Source of the DNA: Octopus vulgaris
Lineage: Eukaryota
Direction of reading: 5' to 3'
Length of the DNA stretch: 64,000 bases
Assembly (NCBI GenBank): GCA_951406725.2
Contig: OX597819.1
Location: forward strand, 113,584,001 to 113,648,000
Shown here: positions 26,679-40,730 of the stretch, piece by piece
Layout of the letters: every line of letters starts with the position of its first letter
How positions within the stretch are numbered: the first letter of the stretch is position 1
Notes under the pieces: generated by a model
Databases searched by the model: none
The model's input: only the letters and a program-made list of their open reading frames with translations
What the model was told of the DNA's origin: nothing
Translations under genes and position numbers: made by a program

Positions 26679-26790
26679 AGAGAGGCTATGCGTATGAATG
26701 TGTGTGTATATATATATGTGTGTGTGTGTCTGTGTGTGTGTATAAGAGTGGCTATGTGTATGAATGAGTGTGTGTGTATACATATATATG
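26320..26790. repeat. Compound (TG)n microsatellite with recurring tataagagag/ttagagag units
   Basis: Direct reading. Confidence 0.9.
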
Positions 26791-27475
26791 GAGATGTTAA
26801 TGATGAGAAATATCACCAATTGAAACCAGGAAGTAGCTTAGAGGTGGAGCAGCGGTGTCAGTGATCGCATTAAAATCAGCAGTAACGGTTGTTGTTGTTG
26901 TTGTTGTTGTAGCTATTGACCTTTATATTGGTACATGTGAGTTTTGGCCACTGGATTAGCTGCTTTTGCAACCACAATAGTTGTGTCGGCTTTGCAGCAG
27001 CACACGAATATAAGGAAATGGAAACAAAAAAAATCATTTTTATCTCGGTGGCAGGTTTATAACCCCCATCATTGTTGAGGCCTGAACTGGTGGTTAGTAG
27101 AACTCCCATCTTCTGGCGCACAGCCAAGTTGGGGACGGCTATTCCAGCCTACGCTTCTATTGACACACCAGAATCCATTTGCTTACAAGCACCACTTTCT
27201 ACTCCCCCACATCTTATCATTCTTCCCCCTGCACTCTCTCTCTTTCTTTCTGGGCCATGTGTACTTTCACTGTTTCGCATACTTAATCAATACTGGATTG
27301 CACTGTTGCTTGCTTGAGATTTTTGTTTCAGGAACATTAATCTATTTATGGTTATTTTCATTCCTACACACCCACCCACACCCACACAAACACACAAATG
27401 CATATGAACATTCAAGTGCACATGGGAATGCATAAAAAGGTGTAAACATAATGAGTGTGTGCGCGTGCATACACA

Positions 27476-27518
<43 letters not shown>

Positions 27519-29126
27519 AGAAAGCTCAATGCAGCCTGGCAGCTCACTGAATCCTGTCAAATGATCCAGTCCATTCCAGCATAGAAAACAGATGTTAAAT
27601 AACCATGATGACGACATTACAGACACATACATATTTTCCATTCAGCTTTTGTTGCTGGGTGAAGTTTCAACATTGCGTTACTGGTTATCTATGCTAGTTG
27701 TAGGCCTGCAGTCCTCTCTGGCAAATTGTGTGTTGGACAGAGTTCTCTTGTGGTAGGATGATTAGTGTTAGCCATCAACACCTAAGCAGAATTTGAACCC
27801 AGAGTGCAAAGAGCCAGAACAGATCTTGGGACATCTTGTCTAACGCCCTAACAGTTCCATCAATCTACTACCCTGGACTAACACTTCATATATACTTTAG
27901 CTTTTACTTGCTTCAGTCATTAGACTGTGGCCATGCTGGGGCACTACCTCGAAGAATTTTAGATGAATGAAATGACCCCAGGACTTGTGGTGTTTAAGCC
28001 GGGTACTTTTTCTACTGGTCTTTTAAGCTGAACTGCTTCGTTATGAGGACATAAACACACCAACACAGATTTTAAAGTGGTGGTGGGAGGCAAACACAAA
28101 CATACACACACACATTATATTATGGGCTTCTTTCAGTTTCTGTCTACCAGTTCTGCTCACAAAGCTTTGATCAACCCAAGGCTATAGTAGAAGACACTTG
28201 CCCAAGGTGCTACACAGTGAGACTGACCCCAGAACCATGTAATTGAGAAACAAACTTCTTATCATACTGCACCGCAGGTATGTCTATACATTATATATGT
28301 AGTATATACACATATTTGAGTGAGTGAAGGAGGGAGAGTGGCACTCAACACATAATAGTTGGAATTACATGTATCTGATAACAGCTTGACTCAGTTCTAC
28401 ATGCATAGGACACCTCCATCTCATTGAATATTGTTTTTCAAAGATGCTAAGTCAAGTGGTTATTACACACACACATAAATTCAGCGTTGTCATTTTAACC
28501 TCCACTTTCCTATGCTCGCATGAGTCAGGCAGAATTCATTGCTTTTCTGTTGCTGGATGCTCTGAGCTTGATCAGGAAAGATTAGAAACAAAGGACACTG
28601 CTTGTATGACGGTGATGCTCATTTACAACTATTTTATAATGCTAAGACAAGGACACACACACACACAGTTACATTTATATATGACAGGCTTCCTTCAGTT
28701 TCTGTCTACAAAGTCTAAATCCACTCACAAGGCTTTGGTCAGCCTGAGGCTATAGTAAAAGATACTTGCCCAAGGTGCTACACAGTGAAACCTGGTGGCT
28801 GGGAACAAAATTCTCAATCACATAGCCACACTTATGCTTATAAACTGCTATAAGATGTGTACATATGTGTGTGCCTCTGTGTACATGTGTGTGTGTGTGT
28901 ATGGATGTGTGTGGAGACACATGGCTTAGTGATTAAGGTGTTTCACTTGTGATTGTTAGATTGTGGCTTTGATTCTTGAGCTAAACAATTCGGTTCACGT
29001 TGCTCCAGTTCACTCAACTGACAGAACTGAGTAATCTTGTGACAGACCTGCATCTCATTCAGGTAAGGAATATATGCCCATATGAGCTTATGGATCAGGA
29101 AGGACCTTTGATTCTTTAATGATATA

Positions 29127-29344
29127 TATGATGTGGTGCTGAAGAGTTCTTGGCTTTAAGGGTCTTGTAAACGGCCTGGTTGGAGACCCAAGCTACTGAG
29201 TTCTTTAACAGGGCTTAGAAAGCCTGACCGACTGCTGCAATAAGTGTGTGAATCTGAGAGGGGAACATGTTGAATAAAATCATAATTAATTGATCCTCCT
29301 GTATTTTTTTTTTTACCAAACACCAGGAATTTTTCAGTACCCCC

Positions 29345-29348
<4 letters not shown>
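29127..29348 (+). mobile_element. Mariner-derived MITE
   Basis: Decayed TIRs ggtgctgaagagttcttggc / ccaggaatttttcagtacc; retains terminal codons CNKCVNLRGEHVE*; inverted partial copy near 25930-26120. Confidence 0.7.
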
Positions 29349-29383
<35 letters not shown>

Positions 29384-29636
29384 ATTCAGTTGAATTAAGT
29401 ACTTAAATTGGGGCACCTTGCTAGGTTGGTATAATCTACACACACAAACAATATTAATTAAATATTGAATAACAAGACTCTATGCTGAAGTGTTTGTACT
29501 TGATATCCCTACCATGTGTGCAGACTAATGCAACCCAGCTATGTGAAGATATCCGCTCTGTGTAATTCAGACATGTACTTATAAAGGTGCTTTCAATAGT
29601 AATTTTGAAGTTCAGATTCCAAGTAAGGTGAACAGA

Positions 29637-29725
29637 ATATAAATGAGTAACAAAGATGTACAGGTGTCAATTAATTTGTTTGAAGTACAAACAAATTAAT
29701 TGACACCTGTACATCTTTGTTACTC

Positions 29726-29733
<8 letters not shown>
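29637..29733. repeat. Perfect 46-bp inverted repeat with a 5-nt loop
   Basis: Arms 29637-29682 and 29688-29733 are exact reverse complements; loop aagta; adjacent (TA)n. Confidence 0.95.
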
Positions 29734-29760
<27 letters not shown>

Positions 29761-30314
29761 TACATATACACCTGCTGTTACCTTGAAGGTAAAGAATACA
29801 ATTGGTGACTTGTTTGTTAATTAAGAACCATTGTAATTGTGCATATAACATAATTTTGATTGCAATGTGTATATTACCTGTAACAGCTAGATACATTTCT
29901 TTTTTACTTCTTAAAATATTATTTGTGGTTAAATAACCTACTGTTAAAATAAAAACACAATGCTATTCTAACTATGAAAAATCAATTAGTATATATTTTT
30001 AAATATATATACCATGTAGATAGGACGCAACAGATGTAAACCTTCTGCAGACAAAAATTAATTCAGCTCTCACTGCAGCGCTCAGATGAAGCATGCAGGC
30101 TAAAGGTTAAAATGTGCATGATCCTCAGTTTACTTGCTGAATATTCAGAAAGGATCCCAATAATGCCTCTCCTAATGCAGTACCTTTAAGAGAAATAGCT
30201 TGCAGCATCTTTAAGTAGCTTCTGCAGTATAGCTTGGAGCAAAGTATTTCTGATGTTTATTTCACCTAATCTGTATTGATATTATATATGTGAGCATGCA
30301 TGCATGCATTATTG

Positions 30315-30617
30315 TGTTTGTTCCTTCTCGAGCCATACCTGGTTCATAAGGGCCGGTTTCCCAGTTTCCTTGGCGTATAGGTTCTCCACCTGGATGGGAC
30401 ACCGGTCCATCACAGGTGAGCTGCAAGATGCAGGAGGAAAGAGTGAGAGAAAGTTGTGGCAAAAGAGTCAGCAGAAGTTCGCCATTACCTTCTGCTGGAG
30501 CCGCGTGGAGCTTAGGTGTTTCGCTCATAAACACACACATCGCCCGGTCTGAAATTCGAACCCGTGATCCTTCGACCGCAAATCCGCTGCTCTAACCACT
30601 AGGCCATGTGCCTCCAC
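30315..30617 (-). mobile_element. tRNA-derived SINE, family D
   Basis: Minus-strand head atggcctagtggttagagcagcgg...gggttcgaatttc; related copy at about 35510-35817(-). Confidence 0.8.
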
Positions 30618-30639
30618 AGCATGCATGCATTATCTGAGA

Positions 30640-30952
30640 GGGGATGAATTCAGTATGCATCATACAAAAAAAAAAGCAATTCAGAAGAGGAAGCAAGCAG
30701 CAGCACCAAAAGCTGTAGACAAAAGTAGTGAATGTGAAATATGTGGAAGAATCTGTCTTTCTCTTGTTGGCTTCAAGAGCTGCATGAGAGGGCATGATGA
30801 TATGAACCAAGTGCACTATCCCTAGTGACTTGGTTTGAAGTGCAACATGTGTGGCAAAGTGATGAAGTTGAAAGCTGGCATGATGTCATGCAAAAAGAGT
30901 TAGATACTCAGGAAGAAATTCCAAGATGTCATCCTTGAGGATGAATTGATGC
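30640..30952 (+). mobile_element. RTE-clade LINE 3' remnant with two decayed C2H2-like motifs
   Basis: KRKQ...CEICGRICLSLVGFKSCMRGH, then CNMCGKVMKLKAGMMS after a stop, then an RTE-like 3' end (tcatccttgaggatg). Confidence 0.6.
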
Positions 30953-32308
30953 TAGTATGTATGTTGTCATCATCATCGTCATTTAACATCTGTGTTCTAC
31001 ACTCTCGGAGTGGTTGGCGTTAGGAAGGGCATCCAGCTGTAGAAACTCTGCCAGATCAAGATTGGAGCTTAGTGCAGCCATCTGGTTCGCCAGCCCTCAG
31101 TCAAATCGTCCAACCCATGCTAGCATGGAAAGCAGACATTAAACGACGATGATGATGATGATGATGTTCCCTGCTAAAACTGGTTGAATGGTTAATGGAA
31201 TCCAGTATGCAGGAAGACTTCATTGAACTCCAGTGCCTGCTTTGGCATGATTTCTCTGACTGGATGCTCTTCCTAATTCCAACCACTTTCTTAAGTTACA
31301 CTAACATGAGTGTGGTCACCTAGTAGCTTCCAGGTGAAAGAAAAAGCCCTCTCAACTGAGTGGGGTTGTAGTGGAGAAGGAGATATTTGTGCTCAGTAGT
31401 GAGCGGCTGAAGCATGACCAATGGTCAGGGGAACGTGTCTTGCTACGGAGGAGATGCATAGCTACTTTGCATTATTTAAGAGTGGGAGTAGCAGGAATGA
31501 AGACAGATATCGGAATGATGTGTGAGTGTGTGTGTGTGTGTGTGTACATGTGCATATGTATGGCAGAGTTATGCAGTAGCCATATGGCCCCATATCTTTT
31601 TAATTTTCAATTTATTTAGGAAATTTCAAGATCTCTAAGTTTTAAACATCACAGATTATGGTTGTGGGTGAAAAATGTTCACAAATTTGATCTTTCAAAA
31701 AACAAAAGGAAAAAATTTCTCATTTCATCTAAGTCTAACCCTAAGTTCTATAGATTCTAACTGTAAAACCTAATCCTAACCTTAGTCCTAAAACCCTAAT
31801 CCTAACCATTCATCACCCACTCACTCCCTCTCCACTCACATACTTTCTCAAGCACCCATTTGGTCATTTACCCATGAATGAACTCAAACAGAGAATCAAT
31901 GAATGGCAGTTTGGTGCTTTAGATATAAGAGTGGCAAAGGGAAGGAATGAACTGTGGTGAAAGGTTTTGCAATGGCTGGAATAGCTGGTGTTTTAATCTA
32001 AATGAAACTGCTTGTATTTGGCGTAAATTTTGTGAGAAATACATTTTCATAGTTTGTGTTCAAAAGAAAAAAAAACAACAACACAGAATTGAAAACAAAA
32101 CCTGCATATATGCATTCACAAACTGGAAATATTTCCTTAGAGTTCACTTTGAATTTAACTAATTTTGGAGCGCCTTGAAAATGTTGCTTTCGGACATATT
32201 ATTTTGAAAGATATTTTCTATATCTAAATATGTTGATACACCAGAAATGATTGTCAGCTTTGTATGGTGACTTTAACAATTAAAGATGTGATTTTCTCTA
32301 TCTGTATG

Positions 32309-32367
<59 letters not shown>

Positions 32368-33316
32368 TGTATGTATGTATAAAGGGTGGATAAACTGAGA
32401 AGATCCAGCAGCCGTCTAACAATGTGTAATTTGCTTACAGGTAGAAACGAGGTAAAAACAAACTGCCGTGGGGCACAGTCAATCGACAAGTTAATTAAAT
32501 GAACGTTTAAGAAAATTGTTTCTAAATATAAACATTGGATAAGATGTGATGTCAAAGTCCCATGCTGAGTGTTTTTTTTTGTTTTTTGTTTTTGCACTTG
32601 CATCTATTAAATATCTCTCTATCATTTACTTGTCACCTTTGATAGGTTTTCTTACTCTTTGTAATCTTTGTCATTTGTGTTGTTTTCTTTCTCACTTTCT
32701 TATTTCATTGATCCTCTTATGCTTGTTTCAGTCATTGGACTGCAGCCATGCTGAGGCACTGCCTTGAAGTGGTTTAGCACAGCAAATTGATGCCAGTACT
32801 TATTTTCATTTTTAAGTCTTGTATGTATTCTATCAGCCTGTTGTGCTTAACTCCGAAGTTACAACGATGTAAACAAACCAACACTGGTTATCAAGCAGTA
32901 GGGCAAGGAACAAACACACACACACACACACGCATGCATGCATGCAGCAGGTTCCTACACAGTTTCCACCTTCCAAATTCACTTACAAAGCATTGGTCAG
33001 CCCAGGGCTATAGTAGAAGACATTTGCCCAAAGTGCTGTAAAGTGGGACTGAACTTGAAATCACATGGTTGCTAAGCAAGCTTCTTAATCACACAGATAT
33101 GCCTGTACCTATATATATATGAACAAATTATTTCCAACAAATTATTTCATAGGTGTAGGAGTGGCTATGTGGTAAGTAGCTTGCTTACGAACCACATGGT
33201 TCCGGGTTCAGTCCCGCTGCGTGGCACCTTCGGTAAGTGTCTTCTACTATAGGCTTGGGCTGGCCAAAGCCTTGTGAGTGGATTTGGTAGATGGAAAATG
33301 AAAGAAGCCTGTTGTA

Positions 33317-33319
<3 letters not shown>

Positions 33320-33358
<39 letters not shown>

Positions 33359-33580
33359 CCAATATAGTATAGTTAATATAGTATAGTATATATAGTATAT
33401 AGTATATAGTATATATACTATATATATTATACTATTAATATATATATATATATATAATCCAATATAGTATAGTTAATATAGTATAGTATATACAGTATAT
33501 AGTATACTATATATATTATACTCTTAATATAGTATATATTGTATATATATAATCCAATATAGTATAGTTAATATAGTATT
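33320..33580. repeat. AT-rich minisatellite
   Basis: tatataatccaatatagtatagttaatatagtat occurs three times (about 33351, 33451, 33546). Confidence 0.85.
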
Positions 33581-35859
33581 GTGCTGTTGGTATGAGGTAT
33601 GGAGTTCAATTCCTGTATGGGATATTTTTTGCACTTGATCGGACTTAAAGCACAGTTTACATATTTCAACGTTGTCATCGTTCAACATGTTTTCCATGTT
33701 GTGTGTATGCATGTGTGTGCGTGTGTGTGCGATCATTGTTCAATGACTACTTTCCTATGCTTGCACAAGTCATACAGAATTTGTGTCAAGGCAGATCTTG
33801 TACAGCCAGACACCTTTCCTGTTGCCAACCATTACCTGTTTCCAAGGAAGGTAATTTTTCCCTATGACCAGACGTATTTTTGATGAAAGACTACAAACAA
33901 TGCAGCTTGTGTAACAGTGATGCGGATGCAACATTATCGCATGATATCAAGACAAGGGTATACCTACACACACACACACACATGCATACACAATGCCCTG
34001 GTTTCAGTAATTGGTTTGCAGCCATGCTGGAGCACCACTGTCAATGACTTTAGTTTTAGAGTATTGGCCTCAGTACTCACGTAAGTCTGGTGCTTACTTT
34101 ATTGCTCTTTCATTATTGAATAGCTAAGTTAGCTTTTGACAGAAGGCATTTGACTTGGTGCACCATTTTTCACACACACACATGATGCAGTTGATAATAA
34201 GAAGGGCATCCAAACATAGAGACCAAACCATATGACTCCCAGTCTTTCAAGGTAGTGGATCCCAATAAGAATTTGACTCAGACTGTGACCCACATGGAAA
34301 GTGGTTGGTGATGGAGGTGGTTGTGTCGAGCTGGCAGAAACGTTAGCACACCAGGCGAAATGCTTAGCAGTATTTCGTCTGACTTTGCGTTCTGAGTTCA
34401 AATCCTGCTGAGGTCGACTTTGTCTTTCATCCTTTCGGGTTCGATTAAATAAGTATCAGTTACGCACTGTCTGTCCATTTGTCTGTCCTTGTTTGTCCCC
34501 TCTGTGTTTAGCCCCTTGTGGGTAATAAAGAAATAGGAAGTGGTTGTGGCAGCAGCGAGGAGGAGGAGGAGGAGCTTGTGGCACGGTTTTCCCCTGCTTA
34601 ATTTTTACTCAGAAAGTAATTGCCTACCTCCGACACTCACCCATAGTTTTGTAGTTGGGCAATGAATTTCCAAATATCATGGCTATGCTTGAACACACAC
34701 AGACACTCAGTATTTATGTGTATGGATATGTGTGTGTGTGTGTGTATAATGCACAATTTTTGTTCTTTGTTCTACGAACAAGAGGCACACATACATGCAT
34801 ATAGACACATACTTATGAACACAGAGAAACATTTCATGTACAGACATACATACTCACACTCACACTCACACACACAATTGATATCCTTACATCAACACTC
34901 ACATAGACACTCAATTACTCACACACGCTGATTCCAACATAAATACTTATATAAATATACATAATATTTATTGATTGTCAATTAATTTCATATACCGGCT
35001 GCCTTAAGTTCACACAGCTGTGAACAAACCTCCACATTTTTTTTTGACAAACTGTAGTCTGGCTTATGAAGCTGTTTGAAACCAGTATATTGTAAATGTC
35101 ATTGATTTAATTATTCTTCTACTGCAAGTTTTGAGTTCTTTCACAGAACAGAAGAATATTGCTCGATTGTTGCTGCTGCTGCTGCTGCTGTTGTTGTTGT
35201 TGTTGTTGTTGTTGTTTAGAACTTTGCATAAGTTAATGTTATTTAACCCCAAGTCAGCCCTTGTGGAGCAGGCCTGCAATCAAAGGTCTCCTTGCTTTGA
35301 CCATCCGTGTCTTCTTTATGGGTTACATAGGAATAAGTACATGGGATGGGTAATAGGACACACACACACACACACATGCTCTCTCTCTCTCTCTCTCTTT
35401 CTCTCTCTTATGATCATGCATGTGTACATATATGCATGTGTCTATATATAAATACACACATATACAGTTATTACTATTTATGCTGATCCTTATCTGTATT
35501 TATTTATTTATGCACCCTTTTCAAGCCTAGCCAGGCTCATGTGCCCGGTTTCCCGGTTTCTATAGTGTATGTGTTCCCCCCAGCTGGACGGGACGCCAGT
35601 CCATCACAGCGTTACTCAAAAAACAGGAAGAAAAAGTGAGAGAAAGTTGGGCAAAAGAGTACAACAGGGGTCGCCACCACCCCTGCTAGAGCCTCATGGA
35701 GCTTTAGGTGTTTTCACTCAATAAACTCACACAACGCCCAGTCTGGGAATTGAAACCATCTGTATGTATATCTCCGACCACGAGTCCACTGCTCTAACCA
35801 CTGGGTCATTGTGCCTCTGATCCTTATCTGTATAACCATGATAATTATATGTATAAATA

Positions 35860-36414
35860 TTGGGTTGTCCGGAAAGTTCATGCCGATTTATAGTGGCTTA
35901 CCTTTCGACATTTTAGAACATGGTCAAGTCCATAAAATAAGATTTGACTACACCTCCATTTAGAGCACAGTTTAAGCTATCTTTTCGTGGAAGAAGGTTT
36001 ATGTTCCTATAACCTGTGTTAATTCTGTAACCCTTTAAAATGGAAGATAAGAAAGTTCATTTTCGGCACTTAATGCTTTGGGAACCAGACAAAAATTGCT
36101 GCAGCTTGGCTGGGATGTGTTACCCCAATCTCCATATTCACCAGATATTGCTCCTTTGGATTTCCACTTATTCAGGTCTCTGCAGAATAGTCTTAATGGT
36201 AAAAATTTCAATTCCTTGGATGACGTAGAAAGATACCTTGATGAATTCTTTGCCATGAAACCACCTCAATTCTGGGAAGAGGGTATTTTCAAGTTAAAGG
36301 AAAGATGGAGACGCATTGTGCAACAAAATTTGGTTGATTAAAAATGTAATGGCAAGTATTTATTGACCTTTTTCTTACCTTTAAAAATCGGCACGAACTT
36401 TCCGGACAACCCAA
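35860..36414 (+). mobile_element. Internally deleted mariner (555 bp)
   Basis: TA TSD on both sides; TIRs ttgggttgtccggaaagttcatgccgattt / aaatcggcacgaactttccggacaacccaa. N-terminal MEDKKVHFRHLML joined out of frame to PYSPDIAPLDFHLFRSLQN...RWRRIVQQN. Confidence 0.92.
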
Positions 36415-38879
36415 TACATTTCATATAACATATCTATGATCAATGATGTAGTAACTTGGTCCTTCATTCAGGTATAGCATATTTATGACAATGTTATCCC
36501 ATTTTTTGGAGATGGTAAGGTGGGATTTGAAGGAAATTTGGCAATTTTTTTTCAAATTGAATTACCATAGACTCAGTATGGCTGTATCCTTAAGAAGTTT
36601 ATTTCACAACCGTGTGTGTGTGTGTGTGTGCATGTGTGTGTGTATATTTATTTGTTTTTACTCTTGCTGCTTGACTGCTGGTGTAGGTTTGTTTATGTAC
36701 TTGTTATCCTTATAACTTAGCAGTTCAGTAGGTAAGAGACTGATGGAATAAGTAGCAGGTTTAAAGTAATAAGGACTAAGGTTGATTTGATCAACTCGAC
36801 AAAAAACAAAAACAAAAAAAAAAAAACAAGAAGTTGGTGCTCCAGACTGACCACACTCCAGTGACTGAAAAGAAAGAATAAAAAAACTGTAAAAGCTTCC
36901 ATGTTAGGTTAATGAAGTTGATGTTGTTGCTCAAGATAGTATCTTTATGGAAATTTAGTCTCATCTGAGTTGTAGTCAGCTGTGTTTGGAGTCTCAGAAT
37001 AAATTGAGCATGTTTTCATTAACTTAAAGTAAATTGTGGCTGTGTGGTAAGTAGCTTGCTTACGAACCACATGGTTCTGGGTTCAGTCCCACGGCATGGC
37101 ACCTTGGGCAAGTGTCTTCTACTATAGCCTCGGGCTGACCAAAGCCTTGTGAGTGGATTTGGTAGACGGAAACTGAAAGAAGCCTGTCGTATATATGTAT
37201 ATATATATGTATATATATGTGTGTGTATATGTTTGTGTGTCTGTGTTTGTCCTCCCAACATCGCTTGACAACCGATGCTGGTGTGTTTATGTCCCCATAA
37301 CTTAGTGGTTCAGCAAAAGAGACCGATAGAACAAGTACTAGGCTTACAAAGAATAAGGGGTCGATTTGCTCGACTAAAAGGCGGTGCTCCAGCATGGCCA
37401 CAGTCAAATGACTGAAACAGGTAAAAGAGAGTAAGAATAAAAGAGAGAGTGTGCAGAGAAAATGGACTCTACAAGACCGAGCCTTCTTATGTGCACTATT
37501 TAGATACACATTTTATTTGTAGAGTTATGAAACCCTCTTATGCTCTGCAGAGTTAAGGATCTTACTTAGAGCCATAAGGTAATACCTGCAATAAGGTACT
37601 ACTTTGACCTTGAGGCTAAATGTCCAGTACATTATTAGTTAGGTTAGTTTATTGCTAGACCTATGATCAAAAGCTTTCTCGTTATGACCACCATGCCATT
37701 TTTAGTATGCTATATAAAGTGTCCTTTCTTTGTTTAAGATAGTAAAATTCAATTTGAGGGATATCTTGCTTCTATTTCTAGCCAGTCAATTGACCACATG
37801 CTGGTACTCACTTCAAATTATAAAGGAAATTAAGTTGCTATTTCTAGCAGATTGAGTGACCATTTAAAGACTTTTTCATTGGCTTGAGATTTTAAAGTCC
37901 TTGTGGATATTAGGGGTCAATTGAGGCCCTAGAATTCCTCAAGTGTTACTGTCATTGCAGTGGTTTTTGTTTTACCAAAATTTCTGCAGTCTCAATGATG
38001 ATACTGCAACAACTGCACATTACAACTGATGCTACCAGGAACGGTGTCGTAAGTGATTCAATGCAGTATTTGCTACAGAATCAGCTGTTGCAGCAATGAC
38101 GTCAGGATGGGGCTTCATTCATCTTTACTACTTTTACATGGTGGGTGTAGTAGTCTGCATGTAGTGTATGAAGTAAGTATGGTGTATGTGTGTGTGTATA
38201 GTGGATGTTGCATTATTATGTGGTAGATATAGTGGTGGTGATGATGCACGTAAGAAGTGGGTATGTGTGGTGGTGGAGGTAAGGTGCATAGTAGTGGGTG
38301 TGAATTAAGGTGGTTAGGGTGGTTGTGTGTGATGTTGTTTAACCTCAGGTCAACCTTGATTGAAGATATGTATGATCAAAAGTATTCCAGAAATGACCAT
38401 CCTGTCCTTTCTGTATGTGCAGGCAACCTGGGACTGTATCATTAAGCATGTCCTTTTTTTTTTAAAAGACACTACCATGTAATTTGAGGGTGATTGGACT
38501 GCTATCTCTAGCAGTTTAAGTGACTATGTGGAGGCTCCCTAATTGATTCATAGAGGCATGTATATGCGGTGGTGGTGGTGGAGATGGGGTGACTGTAGTG
38601 CTAGTTGGTGTGGGGATGTGTGTGAGAAGATGGTGCATGTGTTGATGTTGGGAAGTGGATGTGGGAACTGGTGCTGGATTACATGAAAGGTGATATTTGT
38701 CAGGAGAACAAGGGAGGAGCAGCGCAACAGTTGCATATCTGAAAAATGCATCACTAATAATAGACAGCATTAAGCAACTGCAAAATATGCATTTGAAAAA
38801 GTTGTGCAACAAGAGACTGGTCTGGCACATGCATAAACAAATGCAGGTAGACAGACATACAGCTATAGACAGGCTAACA

Positions 38880-39600
38880 AAGGTACAAACACACATGTAC
38901 ACAAACCCACAGGCATGAATGCAAGCTGACATATGGGCAGATATGCAGACAAATAGACAGATAGGGCAGGCATTTAGGTAGGAGAGTAGACACATGGGAA
39001 GGTGTGCATGATGACACATGTAAATGCTTACAAGATGCATGGATAGATGTAGGGATAAAAAGAAGGATAGAAATATTGATAGGCTTAAAAATTTTTTAAA
39101 TTACCAGACTGAAAAATAAATTAGTTGGTAGATATTCAGATAGGTAAGTAGATATACAGATAGATTAGGGCTGAGATATATGAAGAGTGACAGATAGCTG
39201 ATATGTGAACCTATAGACAGATGATGTGTAGACAGACAGACAAGTGTATGGACTGGTAGAGACACAGGTAACATGTAGAATGTCTGATAGATTGACAACC
39301 TACAGACCAATAGACAGATGACATATAAATATATAGACCACATGTAGTCAAATAAATAGTCATTTAGACCAACAAGCAGACAGACATGCAAGCAAAATAC
39401 AAGCATGCAGACTAAGACACAGCCATGTAGACCCATGGCTGTGTAGACTGACAATCAGGCATGTAGACAAACATACATGTAAACTGACAGACAAAAATGT
39501 AGACCATGAGATAGCATGTAGACAAACAAGCATATAGGCCAACAGATAAGCATACAGACAGATATATAGACAAACAGATAGACATGCAGACAGGACATGC
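38880..39600. repeat. Degenerate (GACA/GATA)n satellite tract
   Basis: Recurrent agacag/tagata units. Confidence 0.7.
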
Positions 39601-40730
39601 ATATAGTCTGCCGTGTAACTTCTGCCAATATTACTGTCTTTTGAGATAATAATAATAATCCTTAATACAATTGAGCATCTGTATGTATATCTTTGTATGT
39701 AACTGAAACACTACCAGCTCATTTCACTACTTGTCATGCTCTCCCTAAATAACTCATACCTTGCACTGCCTTTTACTGCTTCTGTGAAGGAATTAGATTG
39801 AAGCAGCTCATATCTTGCTCTTTCTCTTACACCAACCACTTCTCTGATGGGATTTGAAGCATAAGAGTAAGTTGTTTTCTAGCAGACAAAAGAATATTGT
39901 TTGGTCTGCCAGCTATATCACTGTCTAATGGTATTTTCTTTCATGTAGAGTGGTTTCAGTGTGTGTCAAATGATAAAGATGTTTGACAAGAGAGCTTCTA
40001 TATGGTCACTTGATCTGCTGGATCTCCCATAAATCACACTCCAAATATTCCATAAACCACACTCAGTTATTTCAAATATATTAGATAATCCTGATAATCC
40101 AGAAAGTTGGTATAATCATGACTGGAATACCTTTTATCATAGGCCTGTTCAGTTAAATGCTAACAATGACCACCAAGTTTACTTCAAGCAAGTGAGAGAA
40201 AGCCTCTGCATTTTCATTTGACCTGCTAAGAATAACAGCCAAATTTTATTCAGATCACACCCTATTGGCTTATATACATAAAACATTAAATATACTGTAT
40301 AAATACACAAAACAATGAGATTACAGTACATGTAAATAAAGTATTATTTGGTATTGTTAAATAACTTGATGAAAAATAACAAAACCATTTATTGATTTGA
40401 GTGGTAACTCAGATTTAGCCTTTAATGGTTTATTGAACAAGCCATTAAAGGCAAAACTTAAGTCTCAGTGAAATCAATATTAGCTTACATAATCTTTATT
40501 TGTTATCAATCAATCAATCAATCATCATTGTTGCAATTCAGAGTAACTGCCTGAAAACATGAAAGATGAATTGGATCTCAGTATGATTTGAACTCAGAGA
40601 ACAGAAATTCAGAACAAATACTGTAAGACATTCTTTCCAACACTCTAATGACTCTGCCAATTTCCCTATAAATAATGGTTTTTTTTTTTATACTTTTATT
40701 TTTCAAAATTAAGATAAACAAAGTTCTTTT

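Noticed and set aside
26876-27127. Coding exon or Penelope endonuclease tail (LNNDGGY)
   Set aside because: Only a short motif resemblance; no other GIY-YIG motifs or splice support.
30540-30610. tRNA gene
   Set aside because: The tRNA-like head continues into a SINE body shared with other copies; no convincing acceptor stem.
30625-30825. Host C2H2 zinc-finger exon
   Set aside because: Zinc-ligand His replaced, in-frame stop between the motifs, no TGEKP linker, and an RTE-like 3' end follows.
31735-31807. Interstitial telomeric repeat
   Set aside because: Only a few degenerate cctaac/cctaat units; more likely part of an old DNA element.
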